Part shown: piece after piece, positions 39,104 through 48,443 of the stretch
How the letters are laid out: each line of letters opens with the position of its first letter
Numbering within the stretch: the stretch's first letter is position 1
Assembly: GCA_963771465.1 (NCBI GenBank)
Contig: CAVYTU010000015.1
Coordinates: forward strand, 128,001 to 192,000
Reading direction: 5' to 3'
DNA from: an uncultured delta proteobacterium
Lineage (GTDB): Bacteria > Desulfobacterota > Binatia > UBA9968
Length of the DNA: 64,000 bases
The notes under the pieces: generated by a model
Database searches by the model: none
What the model saw: the letters and a program-made list of their open reading frames with translations, nothing else
What the model was told of the DNA's origin: nothing
Position numbers and translations under genes: made by a program

Positions 39104-39808
39104 ATGACCCGTATCGTCGATCTCAGCATGACCGTGGAAGAATGCGACTCCGCACCGTTTGCGCCCGACGAAAAATATTTCAAGTTAAAACCTATCATCA
39201 CGTGGGAAGACAAAGGCTTTGTCTCTAATACCGTGCAGATGACCGTCCACGTCGGCACGCATATCGACTCGCCACATCATTTTTTCCGCGACAAACCCTC
39301 CATCGAACAGTTGCCGCTCGAAGCGATGATCGGTAAAGCTGTCGTTTTGGATTTGACTGCCAAAGGAAAAGCACGTGCCATTATCACACCGGATGACTTG
39401 AGCGCCGCCGAGCAAAAGCTCAACGCCGAGGGCATAGAGATCGCGGCAGGCGGCATACTGTTTTTGCGAACCGACTGGCCCAAAGGTCATGACACCAGCG
39501 ATCCCAAATGGTGGAACGACTCGCCCTATCTCACCAAGGAAGCCGCCCAGTGGGTGGTCGGCAAGAAGCCATCGGTCGTCGGCTTCGACTTCGCCCAGGA
39601 AGAAAAAGGCGCGGACTATCAGCAAGCGGATCAAATTCTCGATAGCGCCATGCGCGTGCACCGAACGATCCTGCCGCGCGTGACTTTTCAGATCGAGAAT
39701 CTGATCAACCTCGACCAGATCGGTTCCAGCGCGCAAGTCGTCGCTCTACCCGTCAAATGGAAGACGGAATCGGCGCCGGCGCGGGTGATCGCGATCCTCG
39801 ATAATTAG
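39104..39808 (+). CDS. Cyclase (kynurenine formamidase-like) family protein
   Basis: IVDLS, HVGTHIDSPHH, IENLINL, APARVIA. Confidence 0.9.
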   Translation: MTRIVDLSMTVEECDSAPFAPDEKYFKLKPIITWEDKGFVSNTVQMTVHVGTHIDSPHHFFRDKPSIEQLPLEAMIGKAVVLDLTAKGKARAIITPDDLSAAEQKLNAEGIEIAAGGILFLRTDWPKGHDTSDPKWWNDSPYLTKEAAQWVVGKKPSVVGFDFAQEEKGADYQQADQILDSAMRVHRTILPRVTFQIENLINLDQIGSSAQVVALPVKWKTESAPARVIAILDN

Positions 39809-39814
39809 CACGAG

Positions 39815-40807
39815 ATGAAGGCAGTCCGCGTCCATGAGCTTGGCCCGGCGGACCTGCTCCGCTACGAAGAGACTGACGATCCACGACCGAAATCCGATGA
39901 AGTCTTGGTCAAGATCGCAGCCACCGGGGTAAACTTTCTCGACATCTACTATCGCTCCGGTTTTCACTGGGGCGGCCATCACAGCCGCGCGCTGCCCTAT
40001 ATTCCCGGCGCCGAAGCAGCGGGCACGGTGGTCGAGGTCGGCGCCGAAGTCAATGCTGTCAAAGTCGGCGACCGTGTCGCTTATGGGATTTCCAACGGCT
40101 ATGGCTCCTATGCCGAATTCTATGCCGTGCCAAGCTGGCATTTAATCAAACTGCCGAACACCATCGACATGCAAACCGCCGCCGCAGTCATGCTGCAAGG
40201 CATGACCGCGCATTATCTCACGCACAGCACCTATGCGGTGCAGTCCCATGATACGGTACTTATCCACGCCGCAGCCGGCGGCACAGGTTTGTTGCTCGTG
40301 CAGATCGCCAAGATGCGCGGCGCGCGGGTGATCGGTACCGTGTCGACTGCAGAAAAAGCCCGGCTCGCGCGTGACGCCGGCGCCGATGACACGATCAATT
40401 ACAGCGAAAAAGATTTCGCCGCCGAAGTGAGGAAACTCACCGACGGCAAAGGTGTCAACGTCGTCTACGATTCGGTCGGCAAGGATACCTACGAGAAAAG
40501 CCTCGACTCGCTGGCGCCGCTGGGCGCGCTGGTTATCTTCGGCCAAGCGAGCGGACCGGTGCCGCCGTTTGACACCGCGGTGCTAAACGCCAAGGGATCG
40601 CTGTCGCTCGCCCGTCCAAGCTTGACGCACAACGTCGCGAGCCACGACGATGTGCGTTGGCGCGCTGGCGATTTATTCCAGTGGATCGAAGCGGGCAAAC
40701 TTAAAGCACAAATCGGCAAGACATTTTCTCTCGCCGCCGCGGCCGACGCCCATCGCGAGTTGGAATCGCGCCGCTCGCTTGGCAAGATACTGCTCCTTCC
40801 CGAATAG
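39815..40807 (+). CDS. qor: NADPH:quinone oxidoreductase (MDR family)
   Basis: GVNFLD, LQGMTAHYL, HAAAGGTG, YDSVGK, FGQASG. Confidence 0.92.
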   Translation: MKAVRVHELGPADLLRYEETDDPRPKSDEVLVKIAATGVNFLDIYYRSGFHWGGHHSRALPYIPGAEAAGTVVEVGAEVNAVKVGDRVAYGISNGYGSYAEFYAVPSWHLIKLPNTIDMQTAAAVMLQGMTAHYLTHSTYAVQSHDTVLIHAAAGGTGLLLVQIAKMRGARVIGTVSTAEKARLARDAGADDTINYSEKDFAAEVRKLTDGKGVNVVYDSVGKDTYEKSLDSLAPLGALVIFGQASGPVPPFDTAVLNAKGSLSLARPSLTHNVASHDDVRWRAGDLFQWIEAGKLKAQIGKTFSLAAAADAHRELESRRSLGKILLLPE

Positions 40808-40811
40808 AAAA

Positions 40812-41531
40812 ATGTACGGCTGGCGCGCTAAAATCGGACGCATCTCGCCTTCTCCCGAAACCGTCGGCTGCGAAGAGTGGCGTCGCGCTTTGCCCGAAGG
40901 CGTCTGTCTGGTTGAAACGCGCACGTTACTCCACGACGTTACCGTCGAAGGACTCGCCGAAACCGTCAAGCAAGTCGAGCGCGCCGCGTTAGAGCTCGCC
41001 TCCGCCGAAGTCGATGTGATTCTCCAAGCCGGCACCGCCATCGCGTTCTTTCGTGGATTTGGTCATGATCGAGAGTTAAGCGCGCGCATCAGCGCAACCA
41101 CGGGAATCAAAGCGACCACGTCGCTCACTGCCGTGGTCGACGCGCTGCGCACGCTCGGCATTACCCGACCAGCCGTCGCGACCTCTTATCTAGCCGAGAT
41201 CGACGCACGGCTGGTCGAGGTGCTACAGCAATCGAAGTTCAAAGTCGCCGCGATCCGCGGCATGGGACTAAAGAAAAGCATCGACATGGGTAAAGTGCTG
41301 CCAGACGCAACTTACGCGCTAGCAAAGGCAGTGGCGCAAAGCGCGCCGGATGCCGACGGCATCCTCATCTCCTGTGGCAATTTGCGCAGCTTCGAAGCGA
41401 TCGAAGCGCTGGAAAAAGACACCGGCTTACCCGTGGTCACCAGCAATCAAGCGGGACTTTGGCAAGCTCTCAGAATGGTCGGGATTCACGACCCGCTGCC
41501 CAATCTAGGACGACTCCTAAGAGAGCATTGA
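40812..41531 (+). CDS. Asp/Glu racemase superfamily protein, arylmalonate decarboxylase/maleate isomerase-like
   Basis: MYGWRAKIG start; QAGTAIAF (Gly at the first Cys site), ISCGNL, PVVTSNQA. Confidence 0.85.
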   Translation: MYGWRAKIGRISPSPETVGCEEWRRALPEGVCLVETRTLLHDVTVEGLAETVKQVERAALELASAEVDVILQAGTAIAFFRGFGHDRELSARISATTGIKATTSLTAVVDALRTLGITRPAVATSYLAEIDARLVEVLQQSKFKVAAIRGMGLKKSIDMGKVLPDATYALAKAVAQSAPDADGILISCGNLRSFEAIEALEKDTGLPVVTSNQAGLWQALRMVGIHDPLPNLGRLLREH

Positions 41532-41597
41532 TCCGAGTTGTTTTTCTTTCTTCCCTTGGCGTCTTTGCGGGAGACAATTCTTATCCCAACCTTACAG

Positions 41598-42683
41598 CTA
41601 GGAATGCTCATCCTGACAAAACCACTCAGTCGGCAACTCTCTGCCTAATTTTCGTTCCTGCGCTAACACGAGAATTCGCGCCGCGCTGGCTGAGAACTGA
41701 AGACCAAGTCCGAGATGGTTGAGCATGCAAGTGACGTCATTATCGTTTCTCCGACCTGCAGCCTTGCCAGCCATGATCTCTGAGAGTTCCGGCTTGTTAC
41801 GCCAGTCGGCGGCGGTGTTTTCCAACTCGGCGCGGCCATAGTCGCCCCTGCCGAACTCAGGAACTTTTCGCTCTTCACCGGGAAGCGTAAAGAGTTTGGC
41901 GGCCTCGCGGGTTGAAACCGCGATCAAGTCGCACCGCACCAGCGCGTCAAGCATCAGCTCGCTCGGCCTGACGGTGGTGATATGCATGCCACTGTGAATC
42001 CAAACTGCGGGGAAAAACGGCTCGAGCGCGTTGGTCGCGAGCGACACGATATCGGCGCCGCGCGCAGCTTCTTCCGGCGACGACACGGCGCGCAACTTCG
42101 CGCCGCTTTTCGCACGCATCTCATCAACGAACCCGTCACGATTCTCTCGGCTCGGGCTATACACTCGCACTTCTTCAATCGGCAACACCTTACACATTGC
42201 GAGCAACGCCGGGCGCGCCTGCCAACCGGAGCCGTAAAGCGCCATCACCGAAGAGTTCTTCCGCGCCAGATATTGCGCCGAGAGCGCGTTGGTGACGCCG
42301 ACGCGGATCGCCTGCATGAAGCCATCGGGAAAAATCGCCAAGAGCTCGCCACTGGTAACGCTAAAGACAAATACCAAGCCAACATATTTGCTCCCTTGGG
42401 CCAACGGCACTTTGACGCGGCGCTGTCTGCCGCCAATGATCGGCCAGGTGAGCACATCGGAAGTGACCCGCATGGTTGTGACGCCTGCGCTTGGCAGCGA
42501 TGCGCAGGAGGTTTTTAGCCCGTGGTAACTCCCCTCGATCGGTCCCGGCACGAGCAAATCCTGACGCGGCATGTTTACCGCCTGCCCATTCCCTAGCTCG
42601 AGCAGCGCGGGCTCCAGCGCAGCAAAGCATTCGTCGAGTGTAAAGATATTCTCAATTTCTTCATTGGTGAGAATAAGAGTCAT
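41598..42683 (-). CDS. Ornithine cyclodeaminase/mu-crystallin family protein 1
   Basis: IRVGVTNALSAQYLAR, YGSGWQA, VRVYSP, GLGLQF. Confidence 0.88.
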   Translation of the reverse strand: MTLILTNEEIENIFTLDECFAALEPALLELGNGQAVNMPRQDLLVPGPIEGSYHGLKTSCASLPSAGVTTMRVTSDVLTWPIIGGRQRRVKVPLAQGSKYVGLVFVFSVTSGELLAIFPDGFMQAIRVGVTNALSAQYLARKNSSVMALYGSGWQARPALLAMCKVLPIEEVRVYSPSRENRDGFVDEMRAKSGAKLRAVSSPEEAARGADIVSLATNALEPFFPAVWIHSGMHITTVRPSELMLDALVRCDLIAVSTREAAKLFTLPGEERKVPEFGRGDYGRAELENTAADWRNKPELSEIMAGKAAGRRNDNDVTCMLNHLGLGLQFSASAARILVLAQERKLGRELPTEWFCQDEHS

Positions 42684-42708
42684 GGCTGTACGTTATCTGC
42701 CGGCGATT

Positions 42709-43908
42709 CTATGAATGCGCCGGTTGGCGCAACACGAAGGTCAGCAACGCCGCGCTGAAGGGAAAGCATGCGATCGCAGTGAGCGCGGTCGGTAAGCCAT
42801 AGGCATCGGCAATAAGGCCCGCAAGGATTGGCGCGGCGAACGATACGCTCATATTGGCGCCGTAGATGAACGCAACGATACTGCCGGAAAGCTCCGGCGG
42901 CGCCGATGACATCGCCGCCGAAACGACGACCGGCCTAAGCGCCCACAGTAGCGCGCCGAGCGCACCGAGTCCGACAACCAGTACCGCGCCGGAACCCAGA
43001 TACGGAATCCCGACGATACACACGCCACTCAGCAGCGAAAAAACCATGATCAAGGATAGGTGGCCGTAACGGTCCGATATCCAGCCAACCAACGCCGGCG
43101 CGATGCCGGCGAAGAGAAATAGAATTGACATGTACGCGCCCGCTAGCGCCGCAGGAAGTTTTAGATGCAACGACAAGTAGAGCGGCAGGAACGACGCCAA
43201 CGCCGTCTGTCCCATGGCGCGGAGCGTCGAGATCGCCACCAAGGCGCAGACCGATTTATTTCTGATCACGTCGTTCCAGATCGCGCGGCGGTAATCGCGC
43301 GCCCGGGGTACGGCGAGCGCGCCCTCCGCGCCCCACAGCGCATAGCTGAGGCCGACCACGATACCTGGAATCCCCCAAATCAACAGCGTCGTGCGCCAAT
43401 CGAAAAAGTTTAGCAAGACGCCGATCGCTAGCGGACCGATGACTTCACCTAAATTGGCGCTGCTGTCATGCACGCCGAGGGCAAAGGCTTTTTTCTCCCG
43501 GTACTTTGCCGACAAGATCGCCAGCGACTGCGGGTGGAACCAGCCGCCGCCAAAGCCGCTGAGTCCCATGAAAATCATTAACAGTAAAAAATTCGACGAC
43601 GCGCTCAAGCCGACCGTTCCTAGTCCGATCAGTGCGACGCAAAATCCTAGCGAGAGATTACGCCGGCTGGCAAGATCAGCAAAAAAACCGGAAGGAAAGC
43701 TTGCCACCCCAGCCATGAGCGTGCGCGCCGAAGCCAACGCTCCGGCCTGCGCCAAGCTGAGCCCCAATGTGGTCGTGATGATTGGCAAGATGACCGCAAT
43801 GACCGCATTGAACAGATGCTCGGTCATATGCGCCGTCGAGTTGGCGGCCAGGCGGCCCCAATTCGCCAGCGGTAGGCTCACGGTGTTTGCGGTTTCAGCT
43901 TTGGACAA
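42709..43908 (-). CDS. MFS transporter
   Basis: About 12 TM; GFFADLASRR and GWISDRYG motif A copies; FHPQ. Confidence 0.92.
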   Translation of the reverse strand: MSKAETANTVSLPLANWGRLAANSTAHMTEHLFNAVIAVILPIITTTLGLSLAQAGALASARTLMAGVASFPSGFFADLASRRNLSLGFCVALIGLGTVGLSASSNFLLLMIFMGLSGFGGGWFHPQSLAILSAKYREKKAFALGVHDSSANLGEVIGPLAIGVLLNFFDWRTTLLIWGIPGIVVGLSYALWGAEGALAVPRARDYRRAIWNDVIRNKSVCALVAISTLRAMGQTALASFLPLYLSLHLKLPAALAGAYMSILFLFAGIAPALVGWISDRYGHLSLIMVFSLLSGVCIVGIPYLGSGAVLVVGLGALGALLWALRPVVVSAAMSSAPPELSGSIVAFIYGANMSVSFAAPILAGLIADAYGLPTALTAIACFPFSAALLTFVLRQPAHS

Positions 43909-44061
43909 GTTGGAATCCTAGAAAAATAGATCGCCTAAGGCGTTTCAATTTGACTATACCAAACTTCCAGCGCCGGCAAGCAACCGCCAAACATGACGCG
44001 ATGAAACCAACGGCGAATCTCGAAGCCAATCGTCGCGACCGAACGGGTGAGGCGGCGCGCA

Positions 44062-44286
44062 TCAATCGAACTCGATCAGTTTTCTTCTCGACCTCTGGCC
44101 GCGGAGGATGCGGATTTTTGATTTGGCGGTGTGAAAATACTCGGCGAGCAGTTCAATCAATCGGCTGTTCGCCTTGCCTTCGTTGGCCGGCGCGTTAACG
44201 GACGCGAGCAACTCGCCGTCAGTGTGGAAAGCGACGTTTTCGTGTTTTGCCAGCGGCTTGACCGTCACCCAAATTTTTCGCGCCAT
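44062..44286 (-). CDS. DUF167/YggU family protein
   Basis: VTVKP, APANEGKANSRLIELLA, GQRSRRK. Confidence 0.88.
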   Translation of the reverse strand: MARKIWVTVKPLAKHENVAFHTDGELLASVNAPANEGKANSRLIELLAEYFHTAKSKIRILRGQRSRRKLIEFD

Positions 44287-44354
44287 GACTTACCATAACG
44301 CCAACCGAGTGGCGGTCAAGCGACGCTAGCAACTCGGCGAAACTCGGGTAGATA

Positions 44355-44831
44355 TCAGCGCGGCTTATACATCATCTCAAGGAGTTGCTGGTAGGACTTA
44401 AGCAAATCGGTGGACGTGACGATGCCGCAAACGCCGCCGTTTTCCTCAACCACGGGAAGACAATTGATCCGTTTCGAAACGATCTTACTCACCGCCTCAG
44501 CGATCGGCGTATTACGCCGCACGGTGACCGGATGACGGGTCATGATCTGATCCAACGATTTGGATCGGGCGTTGGGGTTGCGCGCCAAGGCGCGCAAGAT
44601 ATCGCGGTCCGAGATGACCCCGACAATTTGGCCATGGGCATCGACGATAACACAGTGGCGAAAGTAGCGGTCATTCATCAAGTTCGCCGCCTCACTAAAG
44701 GTATTATGCGGGCTGAGGGTCACCACTTTCGACGTCATTACATCCGCCACTTCGCTGGCACCGACGATCATCGAATCGTTAATGGTACGCGCCAGGTCAT
44801 CCGCTGATTTGGGGTTTGTCACTTGCTTCAT
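44355..44831 (-). CDS. CBS-pair protein
   Basis: VADVMT, VGVISDRDI, IMTRHPVT, CLPVV, GIVTSTDLL. Confidence 0.92.
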   Translation of the reverse strand: MKQVTNPKSADDLARTINDSMIVGASEVADVMTSKVVTLSPHNTFSEAANLMNDRYFRHCVIVDAHGQIVGVISDRDILRALARNPNARSKSLDQIMTRHPVTVRRNTPIAEAVSKIVSKRINCLPVVEENGGVCGIVTSTDLLKSYQQLLEMMYKPR

Positions 44832-44881
44832 AGCTTTCCTCCCACCACGCTCGTAGAGACGTAGTCATCGACCAGAAACTT

Positions 44882-45067
44882 AGCAATTCTCAAACCATGG
44901 ATTGCTCGTGTAAAACCTCCGAGTGGTGCTGGTCCATGGAATTCCCATCCGGCGGTCATCGCTCGCGCAATGTCCTGAAACGTCACAAAAGTGGCTGCGA
45001 ATACGCCGCGGCTGTACCCATTCAAAGTGTTCAAAGACCGACAAAACATGCCGAAACCGTTTCGACA
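44882..45067 (-). promoter_or_regulatory. Putative sigma54 promoter of the CBS gene with an upstream palindrome
   Basis: Minus strand TGGTTTGAGAATTGCT (GG-N10-GC, 44897-44882); TGCCGAAAC-C-GTTTCGACA near-perfect palindrome at 45049-45067. Confidence 0.45.
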
Positions 45068-45219
45068 ATTCGTCATAAAGCATCCGCTGCCCCTCACAAT
45101 CGGTCATTCCGCGGGCGCTATTAATACCATCGGCATTGCTAGTCATTTCTATTGGCCTTTGTGTACGATACCCGAAGTCTGTGATAAAAAATCGGAGTTA
45201 TAACAATGGAGGATTTTCG

Positions 45220-46278
45220 ATGACTTTGATTTTGAGTAATGACGACGTTCAACAAGCGCTCAGTGTGAGCGAATGTCTCGCCGTCATGGAGGAATCCTAT
45301 CGCGAGCAGGCCGAAAGCCGCGCGGTCAACCGGCCGACTACCCAGACTTATCTACCCCATTCCCTACCGAAATCTACTTACAATTTTAAGTCAGTCGACG
45401 GTGGCGTGGGCAAATTCGGCGTCTTCGCGCTCCGGATCACCTCGACAATCGATCAAGAACAGCACGTCAATAATTCCGTCCGTCTCGAAAAATTGCCACT
45501 AGCGAATGGGATGTTCGTTGGCCTCATTGAGCTTTTTAGCGTGGCGACCGGCGAGCTGTTGGCGATCATGCCGGATGGTTTGATCCAACAGGTGCGCGTC
45601 GGTGTCACCAGCGCGCTGGGGATGAAAGTGATGGCGCGAAAAAATTCTCAAACCATGGGGCTGATCGGCAGCGGCGGCCAAGCCAAAGCGCATTATCGCT
45701 TTATGACGTCGGTCCTGCCGATCAAAAAAGTAAAAGTCTTTAGCCCCAACGCGGAGCACCGAAAAGCGTTCGTCGCCGAGATGGAAAAAGAGACTGGCGT
45801 CGCCGGCGAACCGGTGACGAGCGCTGAAGAAGCAGCGCGCGGCTCAGACGTGATCTGCAGCGCGACCAATTCGTCGCGGCCGGTGATAAAGCTCGATTGG
45901 CTGGCAGCCGGCATGCACTACAACTCCATTCGAGAATTCGAAACCGATCTCGACGTGCTAAACCGCTGCGATGTCATCGCCATCCACACTCGCTTTGGCG
46001 GCATCCAGCATTACCAGCCGCCCGGCATCGACGATGACATGCCCGGCGTGCGCCGCGAAAAACCGCGCGACTGGAGCAAGTATTCTGAGCTTTGCGACCT
46101 GATCGCCGGTAAAGCTCCGAGCAGGACAACCGACAAGCAGATTACTTTTTTCTTAAACAACGTTGGCACCGGCGTCCAGTTCGCCGCCATGGGCTACTGC
46201 GCCTACAAAGCCGCCAAAGAAAAAAACCTGGGCCACGAGATTCCGAGCGAGTGGTTCATGCAGGATATCAAACCGTGA
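45220..46278 (+). CDS. Ornithine cyclodeaminase/mu-crystallin family protein 2
   Basis: ATG after GGAGG; MTLILSN, VRVGVTSALG, IGSGGQA, GTGVQF; clear paralogue of 41598-42683. Confidence 0.88.
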   Translation: MTLILSNDDVQQALSVSECLAVMEESYREQAESRAVNRPTTQTYLPHSLPKSTYNFKSVDGGVGKFGVFALRITSTIDQEQHVNNSVRLEKLPLANGMFVGLIELFSVATGELLAIMPDGLIQQVRVGVTSALGMKVMARKNSQTMGLIGSGGQAKAHYRFMTSVLPIKKVKVFSPNAEHRKAFVAEMEKETGVAGEPVTSAEEAARGSDVICSATNSSRPVIKLDWLAAGMHYNSIREFETDLDVLNRCDVIAIHTRFGGIQHYQPPGIDDDMPGVRREKPRDWSKYSELCDLIAGKAPSRTTDKQITFFLNNVGTGVQFAAMGYCAYKAAKEKNLGHEIPSEWFMQDIKP

Positions 46279-46317
46279 CGCGTGGATTTGTTAGGAATCG
46301 TGTCTCAAATTGCCGGT

Positions 46318-47349
46318 CTATTTCCCCATTAATTTATTGAGCCGCTCGATCACGTCTTTCGGCTGCGCCGTCACTTCACCGGCCAATGCCTGGACTTCCT
46401 CGCCGGTTGTCGGGTCCAAATCCAAGCGCTTTTTCTTCGCCTCGGCGATAAAGTCCGGATCCTTCATCGTCTTGTTAAACGCATCGCGCAGCATCTTCAC
46501 CACTTCCGGGCGCATTTTCGGCGGCGCCATATAGGGGCGATGAAACTCGCCCGAAGCGAGCAAAGCAGTTGCGAGTCGCCGGCCCGATTCCGGTGTTTTG
46601 TATTTATCCATCAGTTCGTAAATAGTCGGCACGTTGGCGAGCTTTTCGATCCTCGCTCGGCCACCTTGAGCCAGCTCCCTGGCAAAACCATTCTTACGCC
46701 AAGTATGAAACGGCTCGCGGGAAAAATACGCCTCGGTGCTCAGCGAGCGGCATTGGATCTCGCCTCGTTCGACGCCGAGGTCGATCTCGTTGCCGCCCTG
46801 ATAGCCGGAGATCACATTGAACTTTGCGCTCACGGTTTCTTCTAAGAGCTTCGGCACGAAATAGCCCATGTTGCTCATGCCGGTGGTGCCGCACTTGGGC
46901 GGCTCTTTGGCGGTGCGCACGTCTTCGATGGATTTGAATGGCGCATCCGCGCGCATGTAGAGCACCTGCGGCGATTTGGTCGCGTTGCCGATCCAGTTGT
47001 ATTTCGTCCAGTCAAATTTTACTTCGGCGCGGCCGATCAACTGCTCGAAATATAGCCCAGCGTTGATGGCGCCCATGGTGAGTCCGTCCGGCTTGGCGAC
47101 ATTGTAAATATAGTTCGCCGCGATCATATGACCTGCGCCGGGCATGTTTTGCACGATGATATTGGGATTACCCGGCAGATATTTTCCCATGAACAAGGCA
47201 ATCCCACGGGCATACAGATCGTAAAGATCACCGGCCCCTGTGCCGACGATGATCGTCACCGTTTTCCCTTGGAAGTATGGAGCTTGAGCGCGTCCGAGAG
47301 CCGCCGTCGCGAGCGCAATCATGATCACAAGAAAAAGCACTCTAAACAT
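46318..47349 (-). CDS. Bug/TctC tripartite tricarboxylate transporter substrate-binding protein
   Basis: Signal peptide, YFQGKTV, VQNMPGAG, AKPDGLT, GYQGGNE, ERGEI. Confidence 0.9.
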   Translation of the reverse strand: MFRVLFLVIMIALATAALGRAQAPYFQGKTVTIIVGTGAGDLYDLYARGIALFMGKYLPGNPNIIVQNMPGAGHMIAANYIYNVAKPDGLTMGAINAGLYFEQLIGRAEVKFDWTKYNWIGNATKSPQVLYMRADAPFKSIEDVRTAKEPPKCGTTGMSNMGYFVPKLLEETVSAKFNVISGYQGGNEIDLGVERGEIQCRSLSTEAYFSREPFHTWRKNGFARELAQGGRARIEKLANVPTIYELMDKYKTPESGRRLATALLASGEFHRPYMAPPKMRPEVVKMLRDAFNKTMKDPDFIAEAKKKRLDLDPTTGEEVQALAGEVTAQPKDVIERLNKLMGK

Positions 47350-47371
47350 ACTGGCCTCCAGCGCGCTTGGG

Positions 47372-48426
47372 CTATTCAGATAGGACTTTTTTCATGCGTT
47401 CGATAACGTCGGGCGGCTGATCCATAATCTCTTGCAGCAGTGTTTGTATTTCCTCACCGGTTGAAGGTTCCATATCCATCCGCCCCTTCTTGGCTTCGGC
47501 AATCAGTTCGGGATCTTTCATTGCTCTGGCGTAAGCTTCACGGAGCATCTTTACTCGGTCCGGCGGCGTCCCTGGAGTGACTAGCATTAGGCGGCCAAAC
47601 TCAGCGCCGCCGAGCAAGACGTTGGCGAGCCGGCGATTTGCTTCGCTGGTTTTGTATTGATCCATCAGCTCGTAGATCGTCGGCGCCTCCGCGACAACCG
47701 GATCGCGTTTGCGCGTTGTTTGAATCAAGTGGCGGTCAAACCCTTTCTTGTGCCAAGTATCAAATGGCTCACGTCCGAAGTGCGGCAATATGGTGTTACC
47801 GCGGCATTGGATCTCGCCCTTTTCCACTGCCAGATCGATTTCGTTTCCGCCGGGATAACCCATCACAGTGTTGATCTTGGCGCCAAATACTACGTCCAAA
47901 ACTCGGTCGAGAACATATCCGGCGCTCCCTACGCCAGTGCTGCCGCATTTCGGCGCTTCTTTCGCTTTGATGATGTCGCCGATGGTTTTGTACGGCGCGT
48001 CCGCGCGCATATAGAGCAACATATAATTTTTCTCTTGCGAACCGATAGCCGAGAATTTGCGCAAATCGAAGCGCACTTCTTTATGGCCCGATAGCTGCTC
48101 GATATAAACGTTGCTGTTAGGCATGACAGTTGTAAGTCCGTCGGGCTTAACCACGCCGTAAACGTAATTGAGCGCCACCAGCGACCCCGCACCCGGCATA
48201 TTCTGGACAATCATATCCGGCTGTCCGGGAATATACTTGGGCATCGCTCGGGCTAGTAGCCGCCCCCAGCGATCATAAAAACCGCCCGCCGTCGCCCCGG
48301 TGATAATGCGAATCTGTTTTCCTTTGTAGAAGGGTTCGCCTTGAGCGTCGCACTGAACTTGCAATCAAGCATTGCCAAATCAGAACGAGCCCCAAGCGAT
48401 CGCCAACTCAACGCTGAAAAATTCAT
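47372..48426 (-). CDS. Bug/TctC substrate-binding protein with frameshifted signal peptide
   Basis: Mature domain FYKGKQI, VQNMPGAG, GYPGGNE; GGAGG RBS and ATG 48426 join only after removing two extra bases (~48390, ~48350), giving ...SLGLVLIWQCLIASSVDAQGEPFY. Confidence 0.8.
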
Positions 48427-48443
48427 CTTTCCTCCTTCATTTT

